From the NCBI GenBank assembly GCA_958350755.1, contig CATWID010000007.1:2460-66459 (forward strand): a stretch of 64,000 bases of DNA, in the 5' to 3' direction. This DNA is from an uncultured Collinsella sp. (GTDB taxonomy: Bacteria > Actinomycetota > Coriobacteriia > Coriobacteriales > Coriobacteriaceae). The notes under the pieces were generated by a model. It searched no databases, had not been told where the DNA came from, and saw only the letters and a program-made list of their open reading frames with translations. This document shows positions 8,654-18,014 of this stretch, piece after piece (positions within the stretch are counted from its first letter, which is position 1; every line of letters starts with the position of its first letter). The position numbers were made by a program, and so were the translations under genes.

Positions 8654-11404
8654 ATGTCTGACAAGCGCCGCACCTTTGCCGTAATCGACGGCAACTCGCT
8701 CATGCACCGCGCCTTCCACGCCGTGCCGCCCACCATGAACGCGCCGGACGGTCGCCCCACCAACGCGATCTTTGGCTTTTTAAACATGTTTCTCAAGATG
8801 ATCGACGCCTTTAACCCCGACGGTGTGGTCGTGGCGTTTGATAAGGGCAAGCCGCGCGTGCGCATGGAGATGCTGCCGCAGTATAAGGCGCAGCGCCCGC
8901 CCATGGACCCCGACCTGCACGCGCAGTTTCCCATGATTAAGGAGCTGCTCGCTGCGCTCAACGTGCCGATTTTGCAGTCCGAGGGCTGGGAAGGTGACGA
9001 TATCCTGGGCACCATGGCGCGCCTGGGCGAGGAAGCCGGCTGCGACATGCTGCTGGTGACCGGCGACCGCGACATGTATCAGCTCGTGACCGAGCACGTC
9101 AACGTGGTCTCGACCCGCAAAGGCCTGTCCGACGTGGCGATTATGACGCCCGAGAGCGTGGACGACCTCTATCACGGCATTACACCGGCGCTCGTGCCCG
9201 ATTTTTACGGCCTGAAGGGCGATACTTCCGACAACATTCCCGGCGTGCCGGGCATCGGCCCCAAAAAGGCGAGCGCGCTCATCGCGCAGTACGGCAGCTT
9301 GGACGAGGTTATCGCGCATGCCGACGAGGTCAAGGGCAAGATGGGCGAGAACCTGCGCGCGCATATCGACGACGCGCTGCTGAGCCGCAAGGTCGCAACC
9401 ATTCGTACCGATGCGCCTGTCGAGCTCGACTTTGATGCGACGTCCTTCCCGGCGTTTTCTGCCGACGAGGTGTCCGCTGCGCTGGGCACGCTCGGCATTA
9501 CGGCCATGCAGAACCGTTTTTTGGCGCTGATTGGCGGCGAGGGCGGGGCTGCGGCCGCTGCCAGCACGTTCGAGATGCCTGCTGTTTTGCGTGCCGCCGC
9601 CGGCGATGCCGAGGCGCTTGCTGCTGCCGCCGCCGAGGTCGTTCGCGCGATTGATGCCGGCGAGTGGGTCGCCGCCGTGGTGGACGACGACAAGGAAGAG
9701 GGCGCGCTCTTTGGCCTGACGCGTACGCTGTGGCTGGCGACGTCCAAGGGGCTGTTTGCGCTCGAGGAGGGCGACGGCGGTGCGGCGGCTGAGGTTGAGG
9801 GCTTCAACTTCGCCCACGGCGTGATTGCCGGCGTGCTCGCGCGTCTGTTTATGGAGGGCCGCGTGGCGAGCCCGGACATGAAGGCGCTGTTGCACGAGCT
9901 TTCGCCCATCGATTCCTCTGAGCCCGAGCTCATGGATCCGCTCGCTGCCGATTCCACGCGTATCTTCGATACCGTGGTTGCCGCCTACCTGTTGGATTCC
10001 GACCGCTCCGAGTTCGATGAGGCGTATCTTGCCGATACGTATCTGCAGATGGCACTGCCTGCGGCGCGCGGCGCAGAGGATGCTGGTGAGGACGCTCCGG
10101 CGTCTGCCGCCCGTACTGCGGCCCTGACGTTGGCGCTCGTGGCGCCGTTGCGCGAGTGCATGGCCCGTGAGAATGCCGCCAACGTGTTCGATGGCATCGA
10201 GATGCCGCTTGTGCCGGTGCTTGCCAAGATGGAGCGCGCGGGCATGCTTGTGGACCCCGACCGCCTGCACAGTCTGTCCGAGGGCCTGGCGACCCAGATT
10301 GCCGAGGTCGAGCGCAGCATTCGCGACCTGGCCGGCGACGAGACCTTTAACATCGGCAGTCCCATGCAGCTCTCGCACGTGCTGTTTGATGTTATGGGGC
10401 TTCCGACCAAGGGCCTCAAAAAGACCAAGCGCGGCTACTATTCGACCAACGCCAAGGTGCTGAGCGACCTTGCTCGTGACCACGAGATCGTGCGTCTGAT
10501 CTTGGACTGGCGTGAGAAGTCCAAGATTAAGTCGACCTATCTGGACACGCTGGGCCCGCTGCGCCGTGGTGACGGTCGCGTGCACACCACGTACAACCAG
10601 ACCATTACCGCGACGGGGCGTTTGTCTTCGAGCGACCCCAATCTGCAAAACATTCCGACGCGCTCGGAGCTGGGGCGTACCGTCAAGACGGCGTTCTCGG
10701 CGGGCGAGGGCAGCGTCTTTTTGGCGGTGGACTACTCGCAGATCGAGCTGCGCCTGCTCGCGCATCTTTCGGGTGATGAACATCTGGTACGTGCCTTTAA
10801 CGAGGGCGAGGACTTCCATGCCGAGACGGCCGCGCGCGTATTTGGCGTGCCGGTGTCCGAGGTGACGCCCGACCTGCGCAGCCGCGCCAAGGCCGTGAAC
10901 TTTGGCATTGTGTACGGCCAGCAGGCCTATGGCCTGTCGCAGTCGCTGCACATCTCGATGGCCGAGGCGCGCGACATGATCGATCGCTACTACGAGGCCT
11001 ACCCGGGCGTGCGCACGTTCCTCGACAACGTGGTGGCACGTGCCAAGCAGACGGGCTATGCCGAGACCATGTATGGCCGCAGACGCCATATTCCCGAGCT
11101 CAAGGCCAAAAACCCGCAACTCCGCGGCTTTGGCGAGCGCACGGCCATGAACCACCCCATGCAGGGCACCGCCGCCGACATCATCAAGATCGCGATGGCC
11201 CGCGTAAGCCGCCGCCTGGAAGAAGAGGGCTTTGCCGCCCACATGATCCTGCAGGTACACGACGAACTGGACTTTGAGTGTCCCGTCGACGAAGTCGAGC
11301 GCCTCACCGCCATGGTCCGCGATGTCATGGAGCACGTAGTAGACCTCCGCGTACCGTTGATCGCCGAAGCCAGTACCGGCATAACCTGGGCAGACGCGAA
11401 ATAG
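8654..11404 (+). CDS. polA: DNA polymerase I
   Basis: 5'-3' exonuclease N-terminus (IDGNSLMHRAFHA) plus polymerase motifs DYSQIELR, KAVNFGIVYG and QVHDEL. Confidence 0.97.
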   Translation: MSDKRRTFAVIDGNSLMHRAFHAVPPTMNAPDGRPTNAIFGFLNMFLKMIDAFNPDGVVVAFDKGKPRVRMEMLPQYKAQRPPMDPDLHAQFPMIKELLAALNVPILQSEGWEGDDILGTMARLGEEAGCDMLLVTGDRDMYQLVTEHVNVVSTRKGLSDVAIMTPESVDDLYHGITPALVPDFYGLKGDTSDNIPGVPGIGPKKASALIAQYGSLDEVIAHADEVKGKMGENLRAHIDDALLSRKVATIRTDAPVELDFDATSFPAFSADEVSAALGTLGITAMQNRFLALIGGEGGAAAAASTFEMPAVLRAAAGDAEALAAAAAEVVRAIDAGEWVAAVVDDDKEEGALFGLTRTLWLATSKGLFALEEGDGGAAAEVEGFNFAHGVIAGVLARLFMEGRVASPDMKALLHELSPIDSSEPELMDPLAADSTRIFDTVVAAYLLDSDRSEFDEAYLADTYLQMALPAARGAEDAGEDAPASAARTAALTLALVAPLRECMARENAANVFDGIEMPLVPVLAKMERAGMLVDPDRLHSLSEGLATQIAEVERSIRDLAGDETFNIGSPMQLSHVLFDVMGLPTKGLKKTKRGYYSTNAKVLSDLARDHEIVRLILDWREKSKIKSTYLDTLGPLRRGDGRVHTTYNQTITATGRLSSSDPNLQNIPTRSELGRTVKTAFSAGEGSVFLAVDYSQIELRLLAHLSGDEHLVRAFNEGEDFHAETAARVFGVPVSEVTPDLRSRAKAVNFGIVYGQQAYGLSQSLHISMAEARDMIDRYYEAYPGVRTFLDNVVARAKQTGYAETMYGRRRHIPELKAKNPQLRGFGERTAMNHPMQGTAADIIKIAMARVSRRLEEEGFAAHMILQVHDELDFECPVDEVERLTAMVRDVMEHVVDLRVPLIAEASTGITWADAK

Positions 11405-11452
11405 GAAAGCACTCCGTAAGGCAAGCTCGCCCAGACGCAAGCCCCCACATAC

Positions 11453-11491
11453 TTAAGATTTGGGACAAGCACTACTGATGAATTTGTCCCA
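11453..11491. repeat. Short palindromic repeat, TTAAGATTTGGGACAA family, copy 1
   Basis: 16 bp identical to 23748-23763; tgggacaa...ttgtccca hairpin. Confidence 0.7.
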
Positions 11492-11503
11492 CAGTAACCA
11501 AAA

Positions 11504-11540
11504 CAGAGGGGAGCCCCTTCCAATAAGGGGCTCCCCTCTG
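11504..11540. terminator. Hairpin/terminator between convergent polA and HAD genes
   Basis: cagaggggagcccctt-ccaat-aaggggctcccctctg perfect stem. Confidence 0.7.
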
Positions 11541-11610
11541 CTCAAATCATTTCAGCTAAGTATCTAGACACTCAAGACGCCATCTTGGCGGCAGGTAAGT
11601 AAACCTAGGG

Positions 11611-11733
11611 CCTGGCCGGGCGGCACGGGTTAACTTTTCGTAGATTCCGCACGCAAAGAAAGCCACTTAATGTGGCTTTCGTCTTGCGCAGGACCTGACC
11701 GAGCGAAAAGTTAACCCGTGCCGCCCGGCCAGG
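11611..11733 (+). repeat. Structured repeat family C, copy 1 (30-bp outer stem, conserved core)
   Basis: 11611-11640 is the exact reverse complement of 11704-11733; core shared with 60327-60439 and 63172-63279. Confidence 0.88.
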
Positions 11734-11747
11734 TCCGACGAGCCACG

Positions 11748-12575
11748 TTAACGAGCCGCCAAGATGGCGTCGATGAGCGTCAGTACGCCCCCGTCGTTGT
11801 TGCTCGGAATGCGCCACTTAGCATGCGCGTTCATATGCTCCTCGGCATTGTCCACGATAAAGCTGTGACCGACGCGCTCAAGCATGGGGATGTCGTTGTA
11901 GGTATCGCCCACGGCGGCGGCATCGGCGATACCGATGCCGAGCTGCTCGCACAGGTGCGCGACGCCCGAACCCTTGTCGACGCCCAGGTTCATAAAGTCG
12001 ATCCACTCGCGGCCGGCATTGGTGACATAGAGCTGATCCGAGAACGCGGGGTTATAGGTCTCGCGGAACGCGGGCTCGGCGTCGTAGCCGGGGAAAAAGA
12101 TCGAGATCTTATTGGACTCGATATCAAGGCCCTCAAAGGTGTCGACGTAGTTGATCGTGTTGTAGTAGACGCTGATCTCGTCGTGGTACTGATGGTCGCG
12201 GGCGAGCACATAGAACTCGTCGTAGCAGCACAGGACGGGGACGGCGCGCGGGTCCTCCGAGGCACGAGCGAGCACCTGCTGATACAGCGCCACATCGATG
12301 TTGCTCTTATAGATATAGTTGCCGCGGTAGATAACGCAGGCTCCATTGTCGGGGCAAAAAGCAAGGCGGTTCTTAATGCTCTCGAACATTTCTTCGAGTT
12401 TTGGGGCGGGGCGTCCGCTGGCGGGGCAGAACACGATGCCAGCCTCGGCGAGCTTGTCTAGGCGCTCATCAAGACCCTGCGGCAACACGCGCTCGTCGGT
12501 GAGAAGCGTCTTGTCCATATCAACGGCGAGAATCTTAATGCTTTCGATATTGGTGTCCGATTCGTAAGTTTGCAT
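11748..12575 (-). CDS. Cof-type HAD-IIB hydrolase
   Basis: DMDKTLL, ASGR, DKGSG and GDTYND motifs. Confidence 0.92.
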   Translation of the reverse strand: MQTYESDTNIESIKILAVDMDKTLLTDERVLPQGLDERLDKLAEAGIVFCPASGRPAPKLEEMFESIKNRLAFCPDNGACVIYRGNYIYKSNIDVALYQQVLARASEDPRAVPVLCCYDEFYVLARDHQYHDEISVYYNTINYVDTFEGLDIESNKISIFFPGYDAEPAFRETYNPAFSDQLYVTNAGREWIDFMNLGVDKGSGVAHLCEQLGIGIADAAAVGDTYNDIPMLERVGHSFIVDNAEEHMNAHAKWRIPSNNDGGVLTLIDAILAAR

Positions 12576-12849
12576 AAAAGCGCGCCTTTCGTTTCGAAAT
12601 TGTTTCAGATGTTATAACCATCAACTCGTAGTCAGGCGTATTTTCGCAGGAACGCAGCGTATTTGCACTGCATTTCACAAACTAATGAAAAAACTTTTCA
12701 GAAATTTGAATTTGTCGCTTGTGCAGCAGGCACTTTATCGTAATATAGCGACCATCGAAAACGGAGACGGAAAAACAACCGCTTACCGAGGAAAAGGTAC
12801 CGTTTACGATACTTGAATTGCGCCCGGCGATACGTGAAAGGAGAGGCAG

Positions 12850-12924
12850 ATGCAGTTCGTAAAGATCATCACCACTGCAGACAATGCCATCCGACGCCAG
12901 CGCGCAATTTCCCGACGACGATAA
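12850..12924 (+). CDS. Putative arginine-responsive leader peptide MQFVKIITTADNAIRRQRAISRRR
   Basis: GAAAGGAG SD; 6 Arg in 24 aa, ending CGA-CGA-CGA-TAA; 205 nt upstream of argG. Confidence 0.7.
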   Translation: MQFVKIITTADNAIRRQRAISRRR

Positions 12925-13129
12925 CAATCGTCTCTGTCCGCATGGGGCGCAATGCCTCAACAGAGTCATTTTGAGGTCGTTGGGTTTAAGCACGACATAG
13001 CCGCATGTTTCTAGGGCATGCCTGTGATGCATTCTGCTGAATAACCTGATATTGCACGGTTTTTGACCTCAAGGTGACTTGCAACTGACCGATGTTCTAA
13101 TTAGCTACCAAGGGCGAAAGGAAACAGCC

Positions 13130-14356
13130 ATGAGCAAGGAAAAAGTCGTTCTCGCATATTCCGGTGGTCTTGATACATCCGTATGTGTCAAGTGGCTCCA
13201 GGACGAGAAGAATCTCGATGTCGTTTGTGTCTGCGGCAACGTGGGCCAGGAAGAGACCGGACTGGATGCCAAGAAGCAGAAGGCGCTCGACCTGGGCGTT
13301 CTCGATTGCCAGGTGCTCGACCTGCGCGACGAGTTCTCCGATGAGTTCCTGACCAAGGCCATCGCTGCCAACTCCATGTACGAGAACAAGTATCCGCTGC
13401 TCTCCGCTCTGTCCCGTCCGCTGCTCGCCAAGAAGCTCGTCGAGGTTGCTCACGAGTTTGGCGCGACCTACGTCGCCCACGGCTGCACCGGCAAAGGTAA
13501 CGACCAGGTCCGTTTTGAGGCTGCCGTCAAGGCGCTCGACCCCGAGCTCAAGGTTATCGCCCCGGTTCGCGAGTGGGATCTGAAGTGCCGTCCCGACGAG
13601 GTCGCCTATGCCCACGCCCACAACGTGCCGGTTCCCGAGGGTGCCAACGACAACCCCTACTCCATTGACGACAACCTGTGGGGTCGTGCCATTGAGTGCG
13701 GTCACCTGGAGGATCCCTGGAACGAGCCGCTCGACGACGCTTGGGTTATGACCAAGAACCCCGAGGACACGCCGGACACCCCGACCTACACCGAGATTGA
13801 GTTTGAGGCCGGCAAGCCCGTCGCCGTCGACGGCAAGAAGATGAAGCTCTCCGAGATCGTCATCGCCCTCAACAAGATCTCCGGCGACAATGGCTTTGGC
13901 CGCCTCGATCTGGTCGAGGATCGTCTGGTGGGCCTCAAGAGCCGTGAGTGCTATGAGGTTCCCGGAGCCCTGACGCTCATCACCGCCCACAAGGCGCTCG
14001 AGGACATCTGCGTCGAGGGCGACCTGCTCAAGACCAAGATCAAGCTCGAGCAGGATTGGGCCACCGCCGTGTACAACGGCCAGTGGTACAGTCCGCTCAA
14101 AAACGCGCTCGATGCCTTTATGGCCGATACCCAGAAGTTCGTGACCGGCACTGTCCGCCTGAAGTTCTTTAGGGGCAACTGCCATGTCGTCGGCCGCAAG
14201 AGCCCCTTCAGCCTCTACGACTACGGTCTGGCTACCTACGACCGCGACACCACGTTTGACGAGAAGGCCAGCGCCGGCTTTATCGAGATCGATACGCTGT
14301 CGCTCAAGACGTGGGCAAAGGTCCAGGGCCCCAGCTCTGCTGCCGCCCAGGCCTAG
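13130..14356 (+). CDS. argG: Argininosuccinate synthase
   Basis: LAYSGGLDTS, HGCTGKGNDQVRFE and SIDDNLWG motifs; GAAAGGA SD before ATG 13130. Confidence 0.97.
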   Translation: MSKEKVVLAYSGGLDTSVCVKWLQDEKNLDVVCVCGNVGQEETGLDAKKQKALDLGVLDCQVLDLRDEFSDEFLTKAIAANSMYENKYPLLSALSRPLLAKKLVEVAHEFGATYVAHGCTGKGNDQVRFEAAVKALDPELKVIAPVREWDLKCRPDEVAYAHAHNVPVPEGANDNPYSIDDNLWGRAIECGHLEDPWNEPLDDAWVMTKNPEDTPDTPTYTEIEFEAGKPVAVDGKKMKLSEIVIALNKISGDNGFGRLDLVEDRLVGLKSRECYEVPGALTLITAHKALEDICVEGDLLKTKIKLEQDWATAVYNGQWYSPLKNALDAFMADTQKFVTGTVRLKFFRGNCHVVGRKSPFSLYDYGLATYDRDTTFDEKASAGFIEIDTLSLKTWAKVQGPSSAAAQA

Positions 14357-14509
14357 CGCCTCCTTCCCTTGGTATCCGCGCGGCCCATCCGCGTGATACA
14401 TAACGGGCGCACGGGGTCCCTACCTTTCGTTATGCTTGCTGACACTTCTTAACATCGGTGGCCCCTACGTTCCGCCCGCATATATGACGCCGCGCCTGCG
14501 GCTGAGTCC

Positions 14510-14543
14510 GAGCCCCGCCGGGGTTGTCCGGCGGGGCTCTTTC
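14510..14543 (+). terminator. Intrinsic terminator downstream of argG
   Basis: gagccccgccgg / ccggcggggctc 12-bp stem followed by ttt. Confidence 0.75.
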
Positions 14544-14589
14544 TATCAATTTGTCGGCCTTGCGCCTATATATATGAGGAGTATCCAAT

Positions 14590-14760
14590 ATGTTCAATGC
14601 TATCGCGCATGCTTTACTTGCCCTCGCGCCCGAGATCGATGCTGCAAAGGTCGAGGACGTCCCTATGAGCCTGAAGGCTTGGATCGATGGTTCGCAGGGC
14701 AACATTCGGAGGGAGACGTTGGGTGCCAAGTGCATGGTGCGTCACTTCTTTGCAAATTAG
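14590..14760 (+). CDS. Small hypothetical protein, 56 aa (MFNAIAHALLALAPEIDAAKVEDVP...)
   Basis: GAGGAG SD before ATG 14590; open to TAG 14758-14760; below the size cutoff of the ORF track. Confidence 0.55.
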   Translation: MFNAIAHALLALAPEIDAAKVEDVPMSLKAWIDGSQGNIRRETLGAKCMVRHFFAN

Positions 14761-14881
14761 CTACATGGCCCCGCGTGCGGCGGGGGATGTGCAAAACTAG
14801 CAGTTGATAAATCGTTTTAACGGCGCTAAACGCAGCTCGCGGACATCGGCGCATTGGTATTTGATGAAAGGGGACGGTCCC

Positions 14882-16312
14882 ATGGCTCTTTGGGGTGGTC
14901 GTTTTGAGGCGGGCGTGGCCGAGGTCACGCAGGAGTTTGGCGCGTCGTTGCCGGTCGACAAGCATCTCTACAAGCAGGATATTGCCGGCTCCAAGGCACA
15001 CGCCAAGATGCTCGCCGCTCAGGGCATCATTAGTGCCGAGGACGAGCAGGCGATTGCCGAGGGCCTGACCGGAATCGAGCAGGATATCGATGCCGGCAAC
15101 TTCGCTTTCGATATCAACGACGAGGACATCCATATGTCTATCGAGAGCGAGCTGACGCGTCGCATCGGCGAGGCGGGCAAGCGCCTGCATACCGGGCGCT
15201 CGCGCAACGACCAAGTGGCGACCGATACGCGCCTGGGCGTCAAGGCGCTGGCCAAGGAGCTCATGGAGGCCAATCTTGAACTGCGCCATGTGCTGGTGGA
15301 TGCGGCTAAAAGGTACGACAAGGTGATTCTGCCGGGCTATACGCACATGCAGCATGCTCAGCCCGTGCTGCTCTCGCATCATCTGCTGGCGTATTCCTGG
15401 ATGTTCGCGCGCGACTTTACGCGTCTGAAGGCCGCTTTTGATGCTGCCGACAACTGCCCGCTGGGTGCTGCCGCGCTTGCCGGTACGAGCTATCCGCTCG
15501 ATCGCCAGATGACGGCTGCCGAGCTTGGCTTTGCGGACGTGATTCCTAACTCGCTCGACGCTGTTTCCGATCGCGATTTCCTGCTCGATCTGCATTACGC
15601 TGGCTCCGTTATGGCCATGCATCTGTCGCGTCTTTCCGAGGAGATCGTGCTGTGGTCGAGCTCCGAATTTGGCTTTATCACGCTTTCCGACTCTTACTCC
15701 ACCGGCTCGTCCATCATGCCGCAGAAGAAAAATCCCGACTTTGCCGAGCTGATCCGCGGCAAGAGCGGCCGCGTCTACGGCAATCTGGTTCAACTGCTTG
15801 TGACCATGAAGGGGCTGCCGCTCGCTTATAACAAGGACCTGCAGGAGGACAAGGAGGGCGCACTCGATACCGCCCATACGCTCATGCAGTGCCTGTCCGT
15901 TATGGCTGGCATGATTTCGACCTGGACTGTCAACGAGGATGCCATGGCGCGCGAGTGCGGCGTGGGGCACCTTGCCGCTACCGACGTTGCCGATTACCTG
16001 GCCAAGCGTGGTCTTCCGTTCCGTGAGGCGCATGCCGTGGTGGGCCATCTGGTCCTGATGTGCGAGAAGCGCGGCTGCAATCTTGAGGACCTGCCGTTTG
16101 AGGTGTTCCAGGAGGCAAGCCCGCTCTTTGAGCGCGATATTACCGAGGCGCTCGACATCCCGTCGATTGTCGCTGCGCGCACGACCGAGGGCGGTACCGC
16201 TCCTGCCGCCGTTGCCGTCCAGCTGGAGCGTGCCGAGGCGCAGCTCGTGGCCGACGAGGGCGTGTTTGGATCGCTGACCAAGGTTGTCGAGATGGGTCAC
16301 GGGGCAAAGTAG
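14882..16312 (+). CDS. argH: Argininosuccinate lyase
   Basis: LWGGRF, HTGRSRNDQ and GSSIMPQKKNPD motifs. Confidence 0.97.
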   Translation: MALWGGRFEAGVAEVTQEFGASLPVDKHLYKQDIAGSKAHAKMLAAQGIISAEDEQAIAEGLTGIEQDIDAGNFAFDINDEDIHMSIESELTRRIGEAGKRLHTGRSRNDQVATDTRLGVKALAKELMEANLELRHVLVDAAKRYDKVILPGYTHMQHAQPVLLSHHLLAYSWMFARDFTRLKAAFDAADNCPLGAAALAGTSYPLDRQMTAAELGFADVIPNSLDAVSDRDFLLDLHYAGSVMAMHLSRLSEEIVLWSSSEFGFITLSDSYSTGSSIMPQKKNPDFAELIRGKSGRVYGNLVQLLVTMKGLPLAYNKDLQEDKEGALDTAHTLMQCLSVMAGMISTWTVNEDAMARECGVGHLAATDVADYLAKRGLPFREAHAVVGHLVLMCEKRGCNLEDLPFEVFQEASPLFERDITEALDIPSIVAARTTEGGTAPAAVAVQLERAEAQLVADEGVFGSLTKVVEMGHGAK

Positions 16313-16696
16313 AGGTTTGGCTGAAGACGTATTGTCCATTTATTGATAAATCGTTTTTGCTTTACGGGCGTCTGCTGATGCGGGCGCCCCTATTTTGCTG
16401 CTATGGGGGAGGGGCTTGTCGAGAACTTCTGTAGGACCTTTGGGCAGGTTGTGAAGGGGGTACGTTCGCGGGTGGCAACCGACCGCCCGCTCTGTTCGAT
16501 GTGGTTGATGAGCGGTCGGATGGTACTCTAATCGGGCTTCGAAACAGAAGTGACACATATGGAGCGCTTTAATAAATTGCAGCGTTTCAATAAACAGCTT
16601 TTTGTTTAACTGCAGCTAAAACTCTGTTACGATGCAGTCCAGGCGGGTGCCGGAATGGGACTTGGGCACGCGCGAACCTACTTGAAAGGCTACCTT

Positions 16697-17101
16697 ATGG
16701 CTATCGAGAAGACCTTCATCATGATTAAGCCCGACGCCGTGCGCGACCGCAAGATCGGCGAGATCGTTGCTCGTATTGAGCGCAGCGGCCTTGTCATCGA
16801 GCGCATGGAGATGACCACGCTCGAGCGCGCTACCGTCGAGGAGCACTACGCCCATCTGGCCGACAAGCCCTTCTTTGGCGGTCTCTGCGACTTTATGACG
16901 AGCGGTCCGGTCGTCAAGATGGTCGTTTCCGGTCTCTCCGCTGTTTCCAAGATGCGCACCCTTATGGGCGCTACCAACCCGCTTGATGCTGCGCCCGGCA
17001 CCATTCGCGGCGACTTCGCTGTCGATGTCAACGCCAACGTGATCCACGGCTCCGACTGCCTGGAGAACGCCGAGATCGAGATCAAGCGCTTCTTTGGCTA
17101 A
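16697..17101 (+). CDS. ndk: Nucleoside diphosphate kinase
   Basis: TFIMIKPDAV, PGTIRGDF and NVIHGSD motifs. Confidence 0.96.
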   Translation: MAIEKTFIMIKPDAVRDRKIGEIVARIERSGLVIERMEMTTLERATVEEHYAHLADKPFFGGLCDFMTSGPVVKMVVSGLSAVSKMRTLMGATNPLDAAPGTIRGDFAVDVNANVIHGSDCLENAEIEIKRFFG

Positions 17102-17139
17102 ACCAGCTTTGACTCCTTAAAGCTGTTAGCGTGTGGCTT

Positions 17140-17173
17140 GGGCGCCGCGGAATTCCAACCGCGGCGCCCTTTT
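17140..17173 (+). terminator. Intrinsic terminator after ndk
   Basis: gggcgccgcgg / ccgcggcgccc followed by TTTT. Confidence 0.8.
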
Positions 17174-17276
17174 ATTCCGGTAGATTTTTGGTAAACGCAT
17201 AGAAAACTACTAAAGAGCCCCGTCCGGATGTTTCTTCCGGGCGGGGGCTGGCGCTAGCGTATGGCTTTGTAAGTCT

Positions 17277-17744
17277 TTAGGCCTCGTCGACAATCTTTAG
17301 TCCGCGGGTCTGGTCGATCTCGTTGAGGAGATTGACGCGACGCTCGTGGCGGCCGCCCTCAAACTCGGCGTCGAGCCATTCGTCGACAATCATCTTGGCG
17401 AGCTCGGAGCCCACGACGCGGGCGCCAAAGGCCAGCACGTTGGTGTTGTTGTGCATACGGGAGAGCTTGGCGCTGAAGGGCTCGGAGCACACGACGGCGC
17501 GTACGCCCTCGACCTTGTTGGCAGCCAGGCTAATCCCGACGCCGGTACCGCAGATCAAGATACCCAGGTCGACGTCACCGTTGGCCACGGCCTTGCCCAC
17601 CTTGTAACCGGCGATGGGGTAGTCGAAGCTCTCGGAGGTGTCGGTGCCATAGTTCACGACCTCGCAGCCGCGCTCCTTCAGGTGCTCGGAAATGATGTTC
17701 TTGAGCTCGACGGCGGCGTGGTCGTTACCGATACCGATCTTCAT
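17277..17744 (-). CDS. rpiB: Ribose-5-phosphate isomerase B
   Basis: GNDHAA, CGTGVG, HNNTN and GGRHERR motifs. Confidence 0.95.
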   Translation of the reverse strand: MKIGIGNDHAAVELKNIISEHLKERGCEVVNYGTDTSESFDYPIAGYKVGKAVANGDVDLGILICGTGVGISLAANKVEGVRAVVCSEPFSAKLSRMHNNTNVLAFGARVVGSELAKMIVDEWLDAEFEGGRHERRVNLLNEIDQTRGLKIVDEA

Positions 17745-18014
17745 GAGTGGTTCCTCTCTGGTCCGTGCGGCGGAATTGCTAAAGGTTTTACCGCGTTCGA
17801 CTGCATGATAGCGCGACTTTTGTGTAAACGCTCGGGCGTTTTTTGGTCAAACGCTTAAGCATGCAACAAGACCTGCTTTTCATGAATGAATGCCGCCAGT
17901 TTGTGCTTGAGCGCCGTCCGCCGGAACCGTGGTTGCGGTTTTTGATGCATTGTTATCAAATAAAGGAGCTAACTTTTTTGAGAGACCAGCCCGTTATGCA
18001 AGCAGGAGATACCT

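Noticed and set aside
8780..11440. Long antisense ORFs (also 60289-62532, 33978-36077, 14663-16339, 51054-52556 and others)
   Set aside because: Shadow frames of well-supported genes in GC-rich DNA, with no recognisable motifs
12655..12720. ArgR ARG boxes upstream of argG
   Set aside because: TGAA-N7-TTCA and neighbouring sites do not fit the ARG-box spacing; not supportable without a position weight matrix
12682..13032. 116-aa minus-strand ORF in the argG leader
   Set aside because: No SD or motifs, atypical composition, and antisense to the better-supported leader peptide
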